Positions 1-9,977 are shown, numbered from the stretch's first letter. The stretch is 64,000 nucleotides of DNA from Oscillospiraceae bacterium (GCA_029219165.1 JAQXSW010000015.1:14487-78486), one strand, 5' to 3'. Notes: generated from the sequence alone by a model not told the origin. Made by a program: numbers and translations.

Positions 1-24
1 CCAATATTGGACTCGGTTTTAATA

Positions 25-1704
25 TTAGTCAGCTGTTTGACAAATTTTAAGCATTTCCTCAACTGTTGTAATCTTTTGTTCAACAAGTTCATAAGCAGAC
101 ATTTTAAGGGTTTTCATACCTTGTTCTTTAATGGCATATTCTGTAATGTCATCCATTGGAACTTTGTCTGCAATCATACGTTTAATCTTCTTATCTATTA
201 CAACAATTTCATGTATAGAAATACGTCCCTTATAACCGGTATTGTTACACATATGGCAGCCCTTACCACGAACAACTGTAGCAGGATGAGCACCCATTGC
301 TTCACACTCTATTGGATCCGGAGCATATTCTTCACGGCAATTTGGACAAACCTTACGCATAAGACGCTGCGCAACAATACCTACTACTGAGTTTGCTACA
401 AGGTATGGTTCAATTCCCATATCCTCAAGACGAACAATAGATGAAAGAGCGTCATTTGTATGTAGTGTTGAGCAAACTAAGTGACCTGTAATAGCGGCGC
501 GAACTGAAATATCTGCAGTTTCTGAGTCACGGGTCTCACCAACCATGATTACGTCAGGGTCCTGACGAAGAAGAGCACGAAGGCCTGCACCAAATGTCAT
601 ACCGGCAAGTACGTTAACCTGTGTTTGGTTAATTCTTGGAAGTGTACGCTCAACCGGGTCCTCAACAGTGGAAATATTGATTGGCTTTTGAGCAAGGCTG
701 TCAAGAATCATGTAAAGAGTTGTTGTCTTACCGGAACCTGTTGGACCTGTAATATAAATAATTCCGTTTGGATTACGGAGAATTCTATTCATCTTTTCAA
801 AGTTCTCTTGATTCATACCAAAAGACTGAACATTATCAAGTTTGTTATTTGTTGCAAGGTAACGAAGAACGGCCTTTTCACCGAACACTGTAGGCAGTGT
901 AGAAACACGGACGTTAATATCATATCCATCTATCATCTGTCTAAAGTGACCGTCCTGAGGAACACGGCGTTCAGCAATATCAAGGCCGGACATAATTTTA
1001 ATACGTGCAACAAGTTGCTTGTTTATTGTATTTGCCAATGTCAAATAGTCAACAAGCATACCATCTGAACGGAGACGAACTATTGTGTTCTTCTCAAATG
1101 GTTCAATATGAATATCCGACGCGTGCGTCGTATATCCATGAACCAAAAGTGAGTTTAAGAACTTTACAATTGGTACGTCATCTCCTGCGTCGGCCTCTTC
1201 CAATTCCTGAACGTTTGGTCCGGCAGGAAGATCAACGGAGATATTAGCCTGCGCAGCAGCGGTCTTAGCTGTAACCTCTGAATAGTACTGATTGATTGCT
1301 CTTGTAATGCTTGATGTTTCAGCAAGATAAACTTCAAGTGTCATACCTGTTGTCTGACGGACGTCTTCAACAGCGTAGAAATTGAGTGGGTCACTCATTG
1401 CAACAGTAAGCTTGCCTTCATCCTCTGCAATGGCAATCATATTATACTTAACAGCTAGTTGCTTTGGAATTCTTGCAACGGCTGTTGTATCTATTTTAAA
1501 GTTGTCGAGTTTAATTATCTGAAGTCCCATTCTCTTTCCAAGAGCATCAAGAACTTCTTTTTCTGTTATATATCCAAGTTCAACAAGGATTTGTCCCATT
1601 TTCTTAGACCTATCCTGTTTTTGGATGGCTAATGCCTGCTTAATTTGCTCATCAGTAACGTAACCATACTCTTTGAGCATTTCGCCGATTGGCATGTTTC
1701 TCAT
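25..1704 (-). CDS. pilB: Type IV pilus assembly ATPase (PilB/GspE family)
   Basis: 559-aa ORF. It has a GspE_N-like N-terminus, Walker A GPTGSGKTTT and a C-terminal tetracysteine (CPNC...CHMC) typical of GspE/PilB ATPases. SD GGGGGA lies 8 nt before the ATG. Confidence 0.9.
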   Translation of the reverse strand: MRNMPIGEMLKEYGYVTDEQIKQALAIQKQDRSKKMGQILVELGYITEKEVLDALGKRMGLQIIKLDNFKIDTTAVARIPKQLAVKYNMIAIAEDEGKLTVAMSDPLNFYAVEDVRQTTGMTLEVYLAETSSITRAINQYYSEVTAKTAAAQANISVDLPAGPNVQELEEADAGDDVPIVKFLNSLLVHGYTTHASDIHIEPFEKNTIVRLRSDGMLVDYLTLANTINKQLVARIKIMSGLDIAERRVPQDGHFRQMIDGYDINVRVSTLPTVFGEKAVLRYLATNNKLDNVQSFGMNQENFEKMNRILRNPNGIIYITGPTGSGKTTTLYMILDSLAQKPINISTVEDPVERTLPRINQTQVNVLAGMTFGAGLRALLRQDPDVIMVGETRDSETADISVRAAITGHLVCSTLHTNDALSSIVRLEDMGIEPYLVANSVVGIVAQRLMRKVCPNCREEYAPDPIECEAMGAHPATVVRGKGCHMCNNTGYKGRISIHEIVVIDKKIKRMIADKVPMDDITEYAIKEQGMKTLKMSAYELVEQKITTVEEMLKICQTAD

Positions 1705-1742
1705 ACGATTTGTCCCCCGGAAAAGATAATATTACAAATGAA

Positions 1743-1772
1743 ATTATATTACTTTTATATAACCTATGTCAA
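1743..1772 (-). promoter_or_regulatory. Sigma-A-type promoter for pilB (TTGACA-18 nt-TATAAT)
   Basis: On the minus strand, TTGACA is at 1772..1767 and TATAAT at 1748..1743, about 40 nt upstream of the pilB ATG. Confidence 0.5.
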
Positions 1773-1816
1773 CAAATTAAGATAATTAATGACAAATAAA
1801 ATCTTATAAATAAAAG

Positions 1817-1850
1817 AAAAACGAGGAGTTCAAAAGAACTCCTCGTTTTA
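1817..1850. terminator. Rho-independent terminator (bidirectional hairpin) after the 825-aa pilin-like gene
   Basis: Perfect 11-bp stem ACGAGGAGTTC / GAACTCCTCGT with loop AAAA. It is flanked by an A-run and a T-run. Confidence 0.65.
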
Positions 1851-1860
1851 TTTTGAAAGT

Positions 1861-4338
1861 TTAACTTCCCTCAGTAGTTATTTCAGATACAACATTGTTG
1901 CTTGGAAGTGCTACCCAAAGAACGTCAGATGTTGAATCTACAACGCCAAAAAGTACACTGCTTGAAAGCTTTCTGCCTTCAATATCAGCAATCATTGCGC
2001 TGGATCCTCCCCAACCGTTAAGGTCAAGTGCCGTTGGTGTGTCAGCATTAGAATACCATGTTGTTCCTGAAAGGAGACTGGATATTCTGGATGAACCTGA
2101 CGGCAAGTAATACCAAGTACCACGTTTTTGATTGTATACAATCCAAGCCATGTTATATGACTTACCTTGTAATGAAAGAGAGTTAATTGAGAAGTTACCG
2201 GTATTACCAAGTGACTTATAAGCGTTCTGTCCCGTAATTGAATTTATCTCTCTACTTCCATCTATCCAACTTGCAATTGTACCAGTTACCTGGTTTAAAA
2301 GACCCTTTTCAGGTTTTCCAAACCAACTGTTCCAATCTGCTGAATAAAGAATATAGTCATCATAGTGATGTTGATTAATTTGGTAAGTATATACTTGTTC
2401 ATTACCGGTACTTCTATTTTCGGCATTACCTTCACCAATGAACTTAATCTGCTGATATCTGTACTTTGAATCTCCGGATGCTGTAATAGACCATTTCTTT
2501 GAATAAAGTTCAATTGTCATGTTCTTTGGGACTGCAATTTTACCAGGATTATATTGGCTATACTGTTGCGGGGCCTCTAAATAGAAGATGTGGTATGCAT
2601 CGTCCTTGCTACCCTCATTATAGTAATACCATCCTTCAGGAATATCATTGTATGCGTAAAGAGTTATTGTGGTAACACTATTACTATTACTTGTGCTTAC
2701 TCCGGCATATGTGCCCTTAATATTAACAGCACCTATATGATTTATGATGGTATTATATATTTTATCATCCCAGTTTGTTCTAAATGAATTTGTGTAAGTA
2801 GTAATATTAGCTAGAAACTCTTCACCGTAAAGTGACGTATTAATATTATAACCAAATCTGTTACCAAATTCTCCATTTGTTCTTCGAACAGAAAAACAAC
2901 GAACTCCGGTATTATTAGGATTAGATGTATAAGAGTCCTGAACTGTTGAAGATGGGAAAGATTTTCCAGTCGCATTACCGGTTACCCAAGTTGTATCTAT
3001 TGTATTACGCTGACCAACTTCATAATATAAAATGGTCTTATTAGTAAGTGAAATAAGATTATTATACCGTTCAGCAGAATTTTCCCACATTCTTGCAAGG
3101 ATAATCATTGAATCTGAATATCCTGCACTATTAAACATTGTTCCGGCAAGAACCGACTTAGGATTGTCAAACTGTGGATACTCTGATTTTGTAATTTGAC
3201 CATCCTTATTCTTATCATAGTAAGTGAGCATAAATCCGGTAAATAACTGTTCCTTAGTTGCTACAACACCATAATAAGGATTTTGGAAATATGTTCCATT
3301 TGATGTAATCCTTTCGGGAACTGAATTTGTATAACCTTCCGTTACCATTGGAGAAAACTTTAGAAGATCATATATTTGTTCCTGGTAATACTTTCTAATA
3401 TTGAAATATGTAGATGCATTTTCACCTTCAGCTTTAGCATTGTTTGTTGAACCAGGGATGAAATATGAATCCGAAGAAGCTGTTGATGTATATGCAGGAG
3501 TACCAAAAATGGCATTTGCTGCTTCAACTTTAGCATCCTCAAGAACCTGATATTCAACAACAGTACCTGCAGTTGCAAGAGCATTAACTTGGCTGATTTT
3601 TGTCTGAGCAATTGAAAGCTTACCTGCATATTCTGAAAGAATAGCATTATACTTATTCATGTATTCTTGAAGTTTATATTCAATTGACCAAGCTGATTCA
3701 CCACCGGCAATAAGCAACTCATCAACAGTAAAATACAAATATTGATTTGCATTTACAGCCTTTTTGTTTGAGTCATATCTTACTCCGGTATCATTAATTT
3801 CATTTGCAGAAACGCCTGTCTTTAAAAGTCCAAGGTTAACACATTTGATAAGACCGTCACGTACATATACAACATCTCCATCTCGGTATACAGAAACTGT
3901 AATTCTTATATGACGATTATCATTTCCTGCTTTTTCAATCTTATATTGGATTTTTCTTCCATTATAGAAAGCGGAATCATAAAGATTTATGTATTCATTG
4001 TCATTTTCCTGCCTAAAGTACAACTGTCCTACTGTTTGACCGTCATTTGCAGTAGAAGCGTTATTAATCATAAACGATTTTGTACCGGCCGAGTCAGAAA
4101 TTGGAGTATCTGAAATTGTCATATGAGTTGAGTATTTAGCTGACGATTCAAGAGTTTGGAAAACAGAGTTACCAACCATTTTATCAAGGGCAGCCATTGA
4201 TGTTGATGTGAAAATACTCATACTTGAAGTAATCATACCCATTGTAGAAGTCATGAGAATACTCAGTATTACAAGGGAAACAATCATTTCAACGAGGGTC
4301 ATACCGCGCTTATCATTTTTTAAATTGTAAATTGACAT
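1861..4338 (-). CDS. Giant prepilin-type protein (825 aa): minor pilin fused to a large C-terminal module, candidate pilus tip adhesin
   Basis: The N-terminus MSIYNLKNDKRG|MTLVEMIVSLVILSILM is a class III signal with Gly-1, Glu+5 and a hydrophobic helix. The rest is Asn/Ser/Thr/Tyr-rich with no family I can name. It is the last gene of the pilMNO-minor pilin block. Confidence 0.75.
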   Translation of the reverse strand: MSIYNLKNDKRGMTLVEMIVSLVILSILMTSTMGMITSSMSIFTSTSMAALDKMVGNSVFQTLESSAKYSTHMTISDTPISDSAGTKSFMINNASTANDGQTVGQLYFRQENDNEYINLYDSAFYNGRKIQYKIEKAGNDNRHIRITVSVYRDGDVVYVRDGLIKCVNLGLLKTGVSANEINDTGVRYDSNKKAVNANQYLYFTVDELLIAGGESAWSIEYKLQEYMNKYNAILSEYAGKLSIAQTKISQVNALATAGTVVEYQVLEDAKVEAANAIFGTPAYTSTASSDSYFIPGSTNNAKAEGENASTYFNIRKYYQEQIYDLLKFSPMVTEGYTNSVPERITSNGTYFQNPYYGVVATKEQLFTGFMLTYYDKNKDGQITKSEYPQFDNPKSVLAGTMFNSAGYSDSMIILARMWENSAERYNNLISLTNKTILYYEVGQRNTIDTTWVTGNATGKSFPSSTVQDSYTSNPNNTGVRCFSVRRTNGEFGNRFGYNINTSLYGEEFLANITTYTNSFRTNWDDKIYNTIINHIGAVNIKGTYAGVSTSNSNSVTTITLYAYNDIPEGWYYYNEGSKDDAYHIFYLEAPQQYSQYNPGKIAVPKNMTIELYSKKWSITASGDSKYRYQQIKFIGEGNAENRSTGNEQVYTYQINQHHYDDYILYSADWNSWFGKPEKGLLNQVTGTIASWIDGSREINSITGQNAYKSLGNTGNFSINSLSLQGKSYNMAWIVYNQKRGTWYYLPSGSSRISSLLSGTTWYSNADTPTALDLNGWGGSSAMIADIEGRKLSSSVLFGVVDSTSDVLWVALPSNNVVSEITTEGS

Positions 4339-4375
4339 AACCGCTCTTCCTTTCCATTAATACTTTATTATTTCA

Positions 4376-4759
4376 TCATGAAGTCTCTTCCGGATCTATT
4401 ACATCATAGTTTCCAGATAAGAATTCTTTATAAGTTAAACCGGTGTCATTGTCTGTACAAATAATATATTCGCCATCAACATTTAATTTAGCATTGGATG
4501 GACCATAAGTAATTTGAATTACTCCGGAAGAATGTGAATATTCACTTTCCTCTATTATTTTGTTTCCGGCTTCAACCTCTTGTAGTTCAATTGTTGCGGT
4601 TGCCTCAGCACTTGTAAGTTTGTATGTGGTAGCTCTATTAACAATGTTTGCCGTTGTAACAAAGCCACGAACAAGCATTACTGATGCAATGGCAAGGAGT
4701 GCAACGCCAATAATAGTTTCCACAAGAGTCATACCTCTGTTGTCCTTAATTAATTTCAC
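4376..4759 (-). CDS. Minor pilin (prepilin-type N-terminal cleavage/methylation domain protein)
   Basis: GTG start after AAGGAGGGG. The N-terminus MKLIKDNRG|MTLVETIIGVALLAIASVML carries Glu+5. Length is 127 aa. Confidence 0.75.
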   Translation of the reverse strand: MKLIKDNRGMTLVETIIGVALLAIASVMLVRGFVTTANIVNRATTYKLTSAEATATIELQEVEAGNKIIEESEYSHSSGVIQITYGPSNAKLNVDGEYIICTDNDTGLTYKEFLSGNYDVIDPEETS

Positions 4760-4773
4760 AATGCACCCCTCCT

Positions 4774-6435
4774 TTATTCTTCAGTATAGTTAACTACTGT
4801 CCAAAATTCTGCAACTCTTTGTTTTGCAACCTGAGAACCGTTAGACGTTGAATAAATAACATCCGCGTTACCGTTTATTATGAGGTTATCAACTTGGATT
4901 TCACCAAGAACTTTTACTCCATCATTTAAGATAAGAGTTGAGTCGTCTGAGCCATAAACTGAATATGCAAAGATTAAATTCTCTGTATTTCTTTGAGTTG
5001 GATTTGTACCAATTGGAGTACCAAGTTCAAGAGTACATCCCTTTCCAAGATATACAACTACGTAAGCAAGATTCTTTGTTATCTTTAAATATTGGGACAA
5101 GAAATCATCTATGCTTGAATTAATCTTATCAGTAATTTGTCCTATTGAACTCATGTTGGCCGGATTTTTACCGTACTGAACGCGAACGTACATATCCGTG
5201 CCGGAGAGCGCCGTTTCCTCTCCTACCAACAGGTATACAACAGGAACTACTGTATCAGACCAAGAATTCTGATTTGTTGAATCATAATCTATGTAAGATA
5301 AATCCAATGTTTTAAGACCCATATTATCAACAGGACCCTTAAGAGCTTTTGCAACTGCTGAAGTAATTCCGAAAACGTCCCACCAAGGTCTGTTATCAAT
5401 AATAGCTTGAAGTCTTTCAGACATAAGAGCGGATACAGAAAGAACTTTTATGTATCTTATTGCCAATGCATCTGTTGAACTATCTGAAATGCTTAGGCTG
5501 CTATTTCTTAAGTCGGTATAAACATCTCCAAGTCCAAGCGCATTAAACAATGCCTCTTCACTAAGACCCGAATTTCCAAAAGCATCTCCAAGGAGAGCCA
5601 AAAGTCCCGGAAAACCAAAATGTCTGTCCCTAAATACTGCACTGTTATTACAATATTTATAATTTGTTGATGTCATAGTCTTAAGAGTATTAAACCAACT
5701 TGAACTGTATTCAGGTGTTCCCTTTTCAAAAACTTTAAGAGTCTTATTTGAAAGTATATATTCTTCAGAGGACCAAATTCTTCTGTCTGATTTTCCTGTT
5801 TTAGAGAATTTAACTGTTTTATTAAATTTACGGTTGGCAACTGTTGTGCCGGGATAAATTATTGCATCGCCCTTCGTTACCAGGTTACCTTGAACATTAA
5901 TGAAGTAACCATTATTTTTTGAATTATAGACATTAGTATTATTCCAATATAAGTCTGTATTTTTACCAAGATTAAAATTACCGCCATTTAATGTAAGATT
6001 TTTTATTGCAACACCTGCAAAATAGAGAGGTTGTTTAAAAACAGTACATGTAATTGTATAATCTTGATCGGCATAAGTAGCAGTAACTGAGACATCCAAA
6101 CGGATATCCTCATCTTCATTACGAGTAATAGTTGCCTCTTTTATTTCTCCCATTTTACTATCAAATGAGATATCAGAAATATTTACTACCTCTCCCTTAT
6201 TCTTTGGAAGAAGTGGTGAAGAATGTTCTTCATCTTGAGTTGAGAGTTCATTAACAATAACTTCTACGCCCGAACGAGCTGTAAAATATGCTTGCTGGCG
6301 TTTAACTGTATACATTGTATAGTTAAAATATGCATAAGATGCTGTCATTACAGCGCCTAACAATATTGTAATGATAACTGAAAGAAGTATAGTCCAAAGA
6401 ATTGCTGAACCTTTGTTATCTTTCAATAGTTTCAT
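4774..6435 (-). CDS. Large PilX_N/GspK-like minor pilin (553 aa from the SD-supported start)
   Basis: The ATG at 6435 is preceded by AAGGAGGAG; the ORF-track start at 6459 is probably too early. The N-terminus MKLLKDNKG|SAILWTILLSVIITILLGAV is pilin-like but lacks Glu+5, as in PilX/GspK-type proteins. Confidence 0.6.
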   Translation of the reverse strand: MKLLKDNKGSAILWTILLSVIITILLGAVMTASYAYFNYTMYTVKRQQAYFTARSGVEVIVNELSTQDEEHSSPLLPKNKGEVVNISDISFDSKMGEIKEATITRNEDEDIRLDVSVTATYADQDYTITCTVFKQPLYFAGVAIKNLTLNGGNFNLGKNTDLYWNNTNVYNSKNNGYFINVQGNLVTKGDAIIYPGTTVANRKFNKTVKFSKTGKSDRRIWSSEEYILSNKTLKVFEKGTPEYSSSWFNTLKTMTSTNYKYCNNSAVFRDRHFGFPGLLALLGDAFGNSGLSEEALFNALGLGDVYTDLRNSSLSISDSSTDALAIRYIKVLSVSALMSERLQAIIDNRPWWDVFGITSAVAKALKGPVDNMGLKTLDLSYIDYDSTNQNSWSDTVVPVVYLLVGEETALSGTDMYVRVQYGKNPANMSSIGQITDKINSSIDDFLSQYLKITKNLAYVVVYLGKGCTLELGTPIGTNPTQRNTENLIFAYSVYGSDDSTLILNDGVKVLGEIQVDNLIINGNADVIYSTSNGSQVAKQRVAEFWTVVNYTEE

Positions 6436-6513
6436 TTTTAGCTCCTCCTTTTTATGCAATGGGCAGTGGTATTAATACACTGCCCATTGCCCAAAAGCAG
6501 TATATAAAACTAA

Positions 6514-7140
6514 TTAGAATGTTTCACTAAGAACCATATAGAAAGTAACTGTAACTGAAGTTCCTCCCTCAGCAGAATTTACAAAACTTACCTGTTGAAG
6601 AGAAATTCCTTCATCTGCATTAAGTGTGTCTAAAAATGCTATAACCTGTGATTGCGTTCCATATACATTTGCTGAAATATTTGCAGCACGAACAAGTGGA
6701 TTTGTGGCCTGTTCCTGAGTAGCGGCAGGCTCTGCAGTAGCTTGGTCAGCTGTAACATTTTCCGGATTCTCAGCAACCGGATTATATTTTCCTAAATTAA
6801 TTCTATCTATTGCTCCAATTGTAAGAGTTGTAATTTGAAGACCAGATGGTGTAACAAGTTCATTTACAACAGCATCATGAATTTGATCATTTGAAAGATC
6901 AGCATACACTCTGGCAGCTGTCTTATTGTATTCATCAACTGCTACTTTGAGTTGACCTTCATATGAAGCAATATTATTTATTTCTGTTTGCATTGTCTGT
7001 TTTTGAGTTTTAAGCTGTGCCTTCTTGCCATTAGCCTCTGTAAAGTTAGTAATAGCCGGTTTAATACCAAACATAAGGATGGCAAGTGAAATTAACGCAA
7101 CAGCTGCAATGATAACAAGTTTTTTATCTTTTGCGGTCAT
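6514..7140 (-). CDS. pilO: PilO-like pilus alignment protein
   Basis: 208 aa with a single N-terminal TM (LVIIAAVALISLAILMF) followed by a coiled-coil-like segment. It lies directly after the pilM/pilN-like genes. Confidence 0.55.
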   Translation of the reverse strand: MTAKDKKLVIIAAVALISLAILMFGIKPAITNFTEANGKKAQLKTQKQTMQTEINNIASYEGQLKVAVDEYNKTAARVYADLSNDQIHDAVVNELVTPSGLQITTLTIGAIDRINLGKYNPVAENPENVTADQATAEPAATQEQATNPLVRAANISANVYGTQSQVIAFLDTLNADEGISLQQVSFVNSAEGGTSVTVTFYMVLSETF

Positions 7141-7160
7141 TTTATATCATCCTTTCTCTA

Positions 7161-7841
7161 TTACTTTCCAGCTACGCATACAGCACTTACGCTGAATGAA
7201 TAGCCACTCTCTTGGGCACCTGTAAATCCAGTATAATCAATACTTTCAAAGAGACCTGTATTCATTAACGCTCTAATGAAGTCACTGATATTCTGTGGTG
7301 ATGGTGCATTACAGTTAAGAGAAAGGGTTCCGGTTACGCTAGTAAATCCATAACTGTTTATTGAAACACTGTTTGCTCCTGCAGCTGTATCTATAGCTTG
7401 GAAGAAAGCTGTGTCAACATCCGGATATGTAGCAATTGCAGCAATAAGACTTTCCATATTAGTCTTTTGAAGTGTAGTTTGGTCAATCTTATTTTTAAGT
7501 TCAGTAGCCTGAGCATAAGATGCTACGTTGTTTGGATCGCTAATATACTTTTCGTAACTCTTTACTTTTGCTGAAGTGAAAATTGAAAGACCTTGAGTAA
7601 TAACTAATAATACAAGTAAAACACCAAGGACAATAGCAATAGGCTTCTTTAATGCATCAAAGTCAACATCTGTTTGTTTTCCTTCAACTACAAATTCATA
7701 ACGTTCAAGGAAGTTCATCTTGTTTGATTCAAGATATTGCTTCTTTGCAGGTTTTTCTTTCTTTGAATTTTTTTCTTCTGCTGGTTCTGCATCAGGGGTT
7801 CCCTCAGCAGGCGCAGTCTTTTTCTTAAATAATTCTGCCAT
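7161..7841 (-). CDS. pilN: PilN-like pilus alignment protein
   Basis: The start at 7841 (MAELFKKK) follows SD GAGGTG. It has a charged N-terminus, one TM (PIAIVLGVLLVLLVITQGL) and a C-terminal alpha/beta region. It sits between the pilM and pilO genes. Confidence 0.5.
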   Translation of the reverse strand: MAELFKKKTAPAEGTPDAEPAEEKNSKKEKPAKKQYLESNKMNFLERYEFVVEGKQTDVDFDALKKPIAIVLGVLLVLLVITQGLSIFTSAKVKSYEKYISDPNNVASYAQATELKNKIDQTTLQKTNMESLIAAIATYPDVDTAFFQAIDTAAGANSVSINSYGFTSVTGTLSLNCNAPSPQNISDFIRALMNTGLFESIDYTGFTGAQESGYSFSVSAVCVAGK

Positions 7842-7860
7842 ATCTATACACCTCACTCAC

Positions 7861-8754
7861 TTAAATCATGTTGCCAAGAGGATAAGTATAATCAGCCATT
7901 AATACTGCTGCTTTTTCCTTATCCTTTGTGCAAGTAATGTTGTCACAAGCAGGAAGTGTACCTACCGGACATCCAAGCATTGCCTGGAGTTTTGGACAAA
8001 GGTCATTTTCTCCTTCAACCATTCCACAGATATAAACTGCTTCAACCGGTTTCTGAGAGTTTTCTGATCTTGCGAACTGAATGAGTGATGATAAAGCTCT
8101 TACAATTTCCATACGGGAAGCTTCAGTTGCTCTTTGTTCTAAAAGACGGCTTCTGGAAGCAAAACTATACTTACCATCAATGTAAAGAACCGAAGTAAGA
8201 CTTGTATTGTCAAGAACTACTACAATCTGATTTTTTGTATTAACAGCCGGATTTGCTGCAACAAGTCTAATTTCTGCGGCAATTGAAGTATTAATGCCCT
8301 TAAGACCAATATCAAGAGATTTAAATACTCTCATATATGATGCAACAAGTTCTTTACTTACTGCGTTTCCAAATACCATTGGATCTCCATTGTGTCCGTC
8401 TTCTAATACTGTGTAGTCAAATAAGAAGTTTGAATATCCTTCAACATCCTTGAATTCATCCTGAACAAGAGCTTGAATATTTGCCTTTGGAAGAACCGGA
8501 ACCTTAATCTTTTTATTAAGTATTGTTCCACTGTCTACTACCAAAGACACGCCCTTCTTTGGTAGATTATACTTGTCCCAAAGTTTTTGAATGGCCTCTT
8601 TAACACCAATTTCGTTTGTAATAACACCATTTACAATTGACTTTTCAGGCAAATCAACGTACATGCATGATTTGACATCAAGATGATTCTTTGACATTTC
8701 GCCTGTAAGCACTTGTATTTTTTCGTTTGAAATATATACAGATGTAATCATCAA
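7861..8754 (-). CDS. pilM: PilM-like actin-fold pilus assembly protein
   Basis: About 296 aa and cytoplasmic, with no TM. Its position and size are typical of PilM. GGAGG precedes both the TTG at 8754 and the ATG at 8751, so the exact start is ambiguous. Confidence 0.65.
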   Translation of the reverse strand: MMITSVYISNEKIQVLTGEMSKNHLDVKSCMYVDLPEKSIVNGVITNEIGVKEAIQKLWDKYNLPKKGVSLVVDSGTILNKKIKVPVLPKANIQALVQDEFKDVEGYSNFLFDYTVLEDGHNGDPMVFGNAVSKELVASYMRVFKSLDIGLKGINTSIAAEIRLVAANPAVNTKNQIVVVLDNTSLTSVLYIDGKYSFASRSRLLEQRATEASRMEIVRALSSLIQFARSENSQKPVEAVYICGMVEGENDLCPKLQAMLGCPVGTLPACDNITCTKDKEKAAVLMADYTYPLGNMI

Positions 8755-8771
8755 AATTTACCTCCACAAAA

Positions 8772-9977
8772 TTATGCTGCACCAATTGTGTCGTACATAC
8801 CATAGATTGGCTGAATAACTGAAATAATAACAACACCAACGGTGATTGCCATTACAACAAGCATTACAGGCTCAATTAAAGCTGTTAAACGACCGGATGC
8901 CTGATCAGATTCATAGTCAAATGCATCCGCTGTTGAGTCAAGCATTTCATCAAGTTTACCTGTTTCCTCACCAATAAGAATTGTTGCTGAAAGTTTACTG
9001 TCAAAACCGTCAACCTTAGCAATAACTTCTGAAACAGTTGCACCGCCCTTAACTTCTTTAACAAGATCATCAATTTGGCTTGCTATGTAATCATTACCAA
9101 TTGTTCCCTTTGCAATTACAAGACAGTCTACAAGAGGAATACCTGATGCATAAAGAGATGATATTGTTCTTGAAAAACGAGCTGTGTAAATAATCTTAAG
9201 GAGAGGCCCTATCTTTGGAATTTTAAGTTTGAAAGTATCAAGCTTGAGTTTAAATTCCGGACTCTTACTGGCAGTTTTAATTCCAAGAACGACAGCAACA
9301 ATTATTGGAACGTAAATATACCATTTTGTTGTTAAAAAGGTACTGATTGCAACCATTGCTGCTGTAAGGGCCGGAAGTTCAGATCCATAAGAGTTAAAAA
9401 GATCAAAGAACTGAGGAAGAACAAATACAAAAAGAATTATAATAACTGCAACAGTAATTACACCCAAAATCATAGGATATGTAAGAGCACTCTTAATTTT
9501 ACTGTTAAGTCTTTCCTCTTTTTCATAATGCTCAGCCATCTTCATAAGAGTCTTGTCCATGTTACCTGAAGCTTCACCGGACTTAATCATGTTTATAAGC
9601 ATTGGAGGGAATGTTCCATTTTGTTCCTCCATTGCTTCAGATAAAGAAAGTCCCTGCTTTAAATCAGAATATAAAGCCGAATAAACTCCCTTTATTTTTT
9701 TATCAAGTCCGTCTCTGTTCATGATGATGTTTACTGCTCTGACAATAACAACACCAGAGCCTACCATTGTTCCTACCTGACGGCAAAAATCAGCAAGTTC
9801 CATAGACTTGAGCTTTTTAGACTTTGTGAAAGAGCCACTGGACTTTTCCTTGAAATTTGAAAGATAAAGGTTTTGTTCCTTGAGTCTTTCTGAAAGTCTT
9901 TGTGGATTTTCAGCTTCCATTGTGCCCGATTTTTTAGTTCCATCTATGGTAACCGCATTGTATTGATATACTGGCAC
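8772..9977 (-). CDS. pilC: Type IV pilus platform protein PilC (GspF family)
   Basis: 401 aa with two T2SS-F-type repeats, each followed by TM segments. The N-terminus MPVYQYNAVTIDGTKKSGTMEA is typical of PilC. Confidence 0.9.
   Translation of the reverse strand: MPVYQYNAVTIDGTKKSGTMEAENPQRLSERLKEQNLYLSNFKEKSSGSFTKSKKLKSMELADFCRQVGTMVGSGVVIVRAVNIIMNRDGLDKKIKGVYSALYSDLKQGLSLSEAMEEQNGTFPPMLINMIKSGEASGNMDKTLMKMAEHYEKEERLNSKIKSALTYPMILGVITVAVIIILFVFVLPQFFDLFNSYGSELPALTAAMVAISTFLTTKWYIYVPIIVAVVLGIKTASKSPEFKLKLDTFKLKIPKIGPLLKIIYTARFSRTISSLYASGIPLVDCLVIAKGTIGNDYIASQIDDLVKEVKGGATVSEVIAKVDGFDSKLSATILIGEETGKLDEMLDSTADAFDYESDQASGRLTALIEPVMLVVMAITVGVVIISVIQPIYGMYDTIGAA

Noticed and set aside
625-1068. 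147-aa plus-strand ORF (and the 80-aa ORF at 1005..1247) inside pilB
   Set aside because: It is antisense to a confidently identified, motif-rich gene. The sequence is low-complexity and Cys/Asn-rich, and no SD is present. It is a typical shadow ORF.
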